From Octopus bimaculoides (Eukaryota): 36,626 bases of DNA. The stretch covers positions 91,154,259 to 91,190,884 of the forward strand of contig NC_068984.1 of the NCBI RefSeq assembly GCF_001194135.2, given 5' to 3'. Each line of letters begins with the position of its first letter. Positions within the stretch are counted from its first letter, which is position 1. A program made the translations under genes and the position numbers. The notes beneath the pieces are model-generated. The model was given only the letters and a program-made list of their open reading frames with translations. It was not told the origin of the DNA and searched no databases. Positions 34,366-36,626 of the stretch are shown here, one piece after another.

Positions 34366-35108
34366 CATTGTCTAATAACCCTGTCAACAACATCGTTCCA
34401 CCATCACATTATTTTGGGTCAAGAGGGGACTTTGCACCACCCACAGATCTGGTCAGTGGCCCTCAGCAGGTCGTCCCGTAGAAACCTCCAGTTGTCTTCT
34501 ACATAGTGTGAAGCTATATCCCCTTCTATTTTGTCAAAGGTTTTGAGTAATATGTCTCTAAATCTCTATCCATTCGCAGGATCTTTAAGCTTCCAGACTC
34601 TTCTCCTACATGCTGGTCATCATCTTCTGGACAACCACTTAGCCCTGATCCTGAAGTCACTAACTACTAGTCTATGTTGTGGGGGTACATTCTTCGCCTG
34701 GGAAGGTTTTGGCATTTATAAGCAGCCATCTTTCCTTTTTCCTGGCGAGGATGTAGTCAATTTGACTAGTGTGTCTGCCAGAACGGTAGGTGACTAGGTG
34801 ACTGGCAGGTTTCCTGAAGTTAGTATTGCAAACCATAAGGTCATTTGCATCACAGAACTCCAGCAGCCTGGTTCCCTCCTCATTGCGGGAACCAAGACCA
34901 TAGCCTCCATGTACGCCATGGAAGCCCCCTGAATGTTGTCCAACATGACCATTGAAGTCACCAGCCACAAAGAGAAGGTCCCTGTCATTCGTCGACGAGG
35001 TAGTCTGCAAGAGGGTGTCATAAAATCAGTCTTTCTGTCCATCAGGTAGCCCGGGCTGAGGGGCATAGGCCGAGATAATGGTTACTAACTCATGGTGAAG
35101 GACTAATC
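34366..35108 (-). mobile_element. RTE LINE internal fragment (APE endonuclease), antisense in a KLHL intron
   Basis: TIISAYAPQ...LFVAGDFNGHVG...RNEEGTRLLEFCDANDLMVCNTNFRK...SQIDYIL. Confidence 0.9.
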
Positions 35109-35117
35109 TAATCTATC

Positions 35118-35835
35118 TACCTTTGAATTACCAGTTCATAATTAGCACAGCAGTTGCAAGGTATTTACTATTTGCTTATATTTGGTTAATTTACACTGCA
35201 AAAAAAATAATATAAAATACAGACATACTACATAACTACAACTGCTTACAAAAACAGAGATTAATGTATATTTTTTTCTATGTTCATAATTTTTTGATTA
35301 CAATATTGAAAAAGAAATATGCCACCAAAGAAAAAAACGTAATCTCTCCAAAAGCACCTATTAAGCAAGGAGGATTGCAGAAAACTGAAGGCGAGAGTCT
35401 CAAGAGATAAAGGACATGAGACTTTCTCAAAATCAGTGAAGGCATGCTGCAGCACATCAGATGGCGTCTCAAGAGAGAAGAGTGATGAGACTTTCCCATG
35501 ATCAGCAAGGGCATGCTGCAGCACGTTGGATGGAGTCTCAAGAGAGATGGGAGATGAGACTTTCCCAAGATCAGTAAAGGCATGCTGCAGCATTTAATGC
35601 TGAATCATTAAAACAATGTTTAGCATACTAGATTACACAGAGGCCCAATAGAATAGCTCTCACAAACAGACCACATACAAATTTGCTCTTCACAACACCT
35701 GGAGCTGCTTTCAGATATGATCCATCTCATTCTTATAAAAATTATAATTCTTTCCAAATTGGTGTGCTAAACTCAAATTGTCATTCCTGCAAAGCTTTAA
35801 AATTTACTCCACAAATGTTTTGTCGTCAATGCTGT
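35118..35835 (+). mobile_element. Helitron remnant: end of 5' non-coding region and N-terminal RepHel coding region
   Basis: MPPKKK(fs)RNLSKST, three 23-aa repeats (ESQERRVMRLSHDQQGHAAARWM), then AAFRYDPSHSY...IGVLNSNCHSCKALKF...CC in the same frame. This matches the N-terminal Zn-finger motif of Helitron proteins as recalled from the family. Confidence 0.7.
35397..35592 (+). repeat. Tandem repeat, 69-bp unit x ~2.9
   Basis: Units start at 35397, 35466 and 35535 (GTCTCAAGAG...TGAGACTTTC...GGCATGCTGCAGCA). Confidence 0.9.
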
Positions 35836-36037
35836 ACTTTCTCGTATCACTTATTTCAACTTAACTGTAATATATATATACAAACTATGCCATTTTAATC
35901 CTGAGCAATGCTGAGTATCTCTGCTAGTATATATATATATAAATAAATAGATATGTAATTGTTAATGAGGACAACAAACATTAAGGCAAGACAAACATCT
36001 CAAGTCGTATACGTTATTATTACTGGAAAAATTCAAA

Positions 36038-36093
36038 GTCTTACAGCTGTTTCTGGGATATCCCAGAGTATGGGATATTCCATCATCGGAGAC
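36038..36093 (-). ncRNA. Minimal type I hammerhead-ribozyme-like motif (Penelope-type)
   Basis: GUCU-CCGAUGA-UGGAAUAUCCCA uacuc UGGGAUAUCCCA-GAAA-CAGCUGU-A-AGAC. 4-bp stem I, 11 of 12 bp stem II, perfectly palindromic stem III (ACAGCUGU), GUA triplet and a U4C core variant. Confidence 0.7.
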
Positions 36094-36306
36094 AAATAGG
36101 GAAAATGAGAAGGGTATAGATTAATGAAATGACACAGAGGACAGGAGAAAAGGAATAAGGAAATGAAGAAAGAGTAGAAAAAAGAAGCATAAAAGTTCAC
36201 AATTCAGTTTTCCAATCATGTAGAAGTAAGTCTGTAACTCCTTAGGTGGAATCCTGTGTAAATCCATGTAGGTTAAAGACCCTTTTATACTCTCTCTTTC
36301 TATATA

Positions 36307-36348
<42 letters not shown>

Positions 36349-36464
36349 GACAATGATTTCCAATGTTTACCAAAAAGGGAAACCATAATTGTCACTAAAT
36401 ATGACTATATATAACTATATATATATCTATGTATGTATGTGTGTGTACATATGTATGTATGTAT

Positions 36465-36626
36465 GTATCATCATCATCATCATCGTTTAACGTCCGCTTT
36501 CCATGCTAGCATGGGTTGGACGATTTGACTGAGGACTGGTGAACCAGATGGCTACACCAGGCTCCAATCTGATTTGGCAGAGTTTCTACAGCTGGATGCC
36601 CTTCCTAATGCCAACCACTCCGAGAG
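36465..36626 (-). mobile_element. Young RTE 3' end, truncated by the window edge
   Basis: (CAT)n-CGTTTAACGTCCGCTTTCCATGCTAGCATGGGTTGG, near-identical to 1-284. Confidence 0.85.

Noticed and set aside
35683-35898. ORF containing RYDP, a possible next kelch exon
   Set aside because: No phase-compatible acceptor gives the required GG motif. The context (YDP..Y..IG...CxxC..KF...CC) fits a Helitron N-terminus better.

Overview
AT-rich, microsatellite-dense eukaryotic genomic DNA. It is probably from a coleoid cephalopod such as Octopus; this is inferred from the repeat families and was not checked against a database. The only host protein-coding gene is a + strand BTB-BACK-Kelch (KLHL-family) gene. 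Three coding exons are in the window (30521-30920, 31014-31522, 32793-33021) and the remainder lies beyond it. A candidate promoter and non-coding first exon lies near 6.1-6.3 kb, which would imply a ~24 kb first intron. The rest is transposon debris: young and old RTE LINE copies with (GAT)n tails, tandem R4/Dong-type LINE copies in (AAT)n tracts, a CR1-type RT remnant, a Penelope-like element (RT + GIY-YIG) between inverted repeats, mariner remnants and a MITE, Helitron remnants, and several tRNA-derived SINE families. There are four assembly gaps (4776-4785, 9540-10157, 20376-20396, 21978-22523). The most notable signals are minimal type I hammerhead-ribozyme-like motifs with palindromic stem III (36038-36093 on the - strand, and a cluster at 11743-12443), a C4HC3 PHD finger embedded in the RT region of the RTE ORF, a perfect 19-bp fold-back at a mariner inversion junction, and near-identical inverted repeats that could form dsRNA in the putative pre-mRNA. 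Most ORFs in the supplied track are microsatellite or N-gap artefacts.
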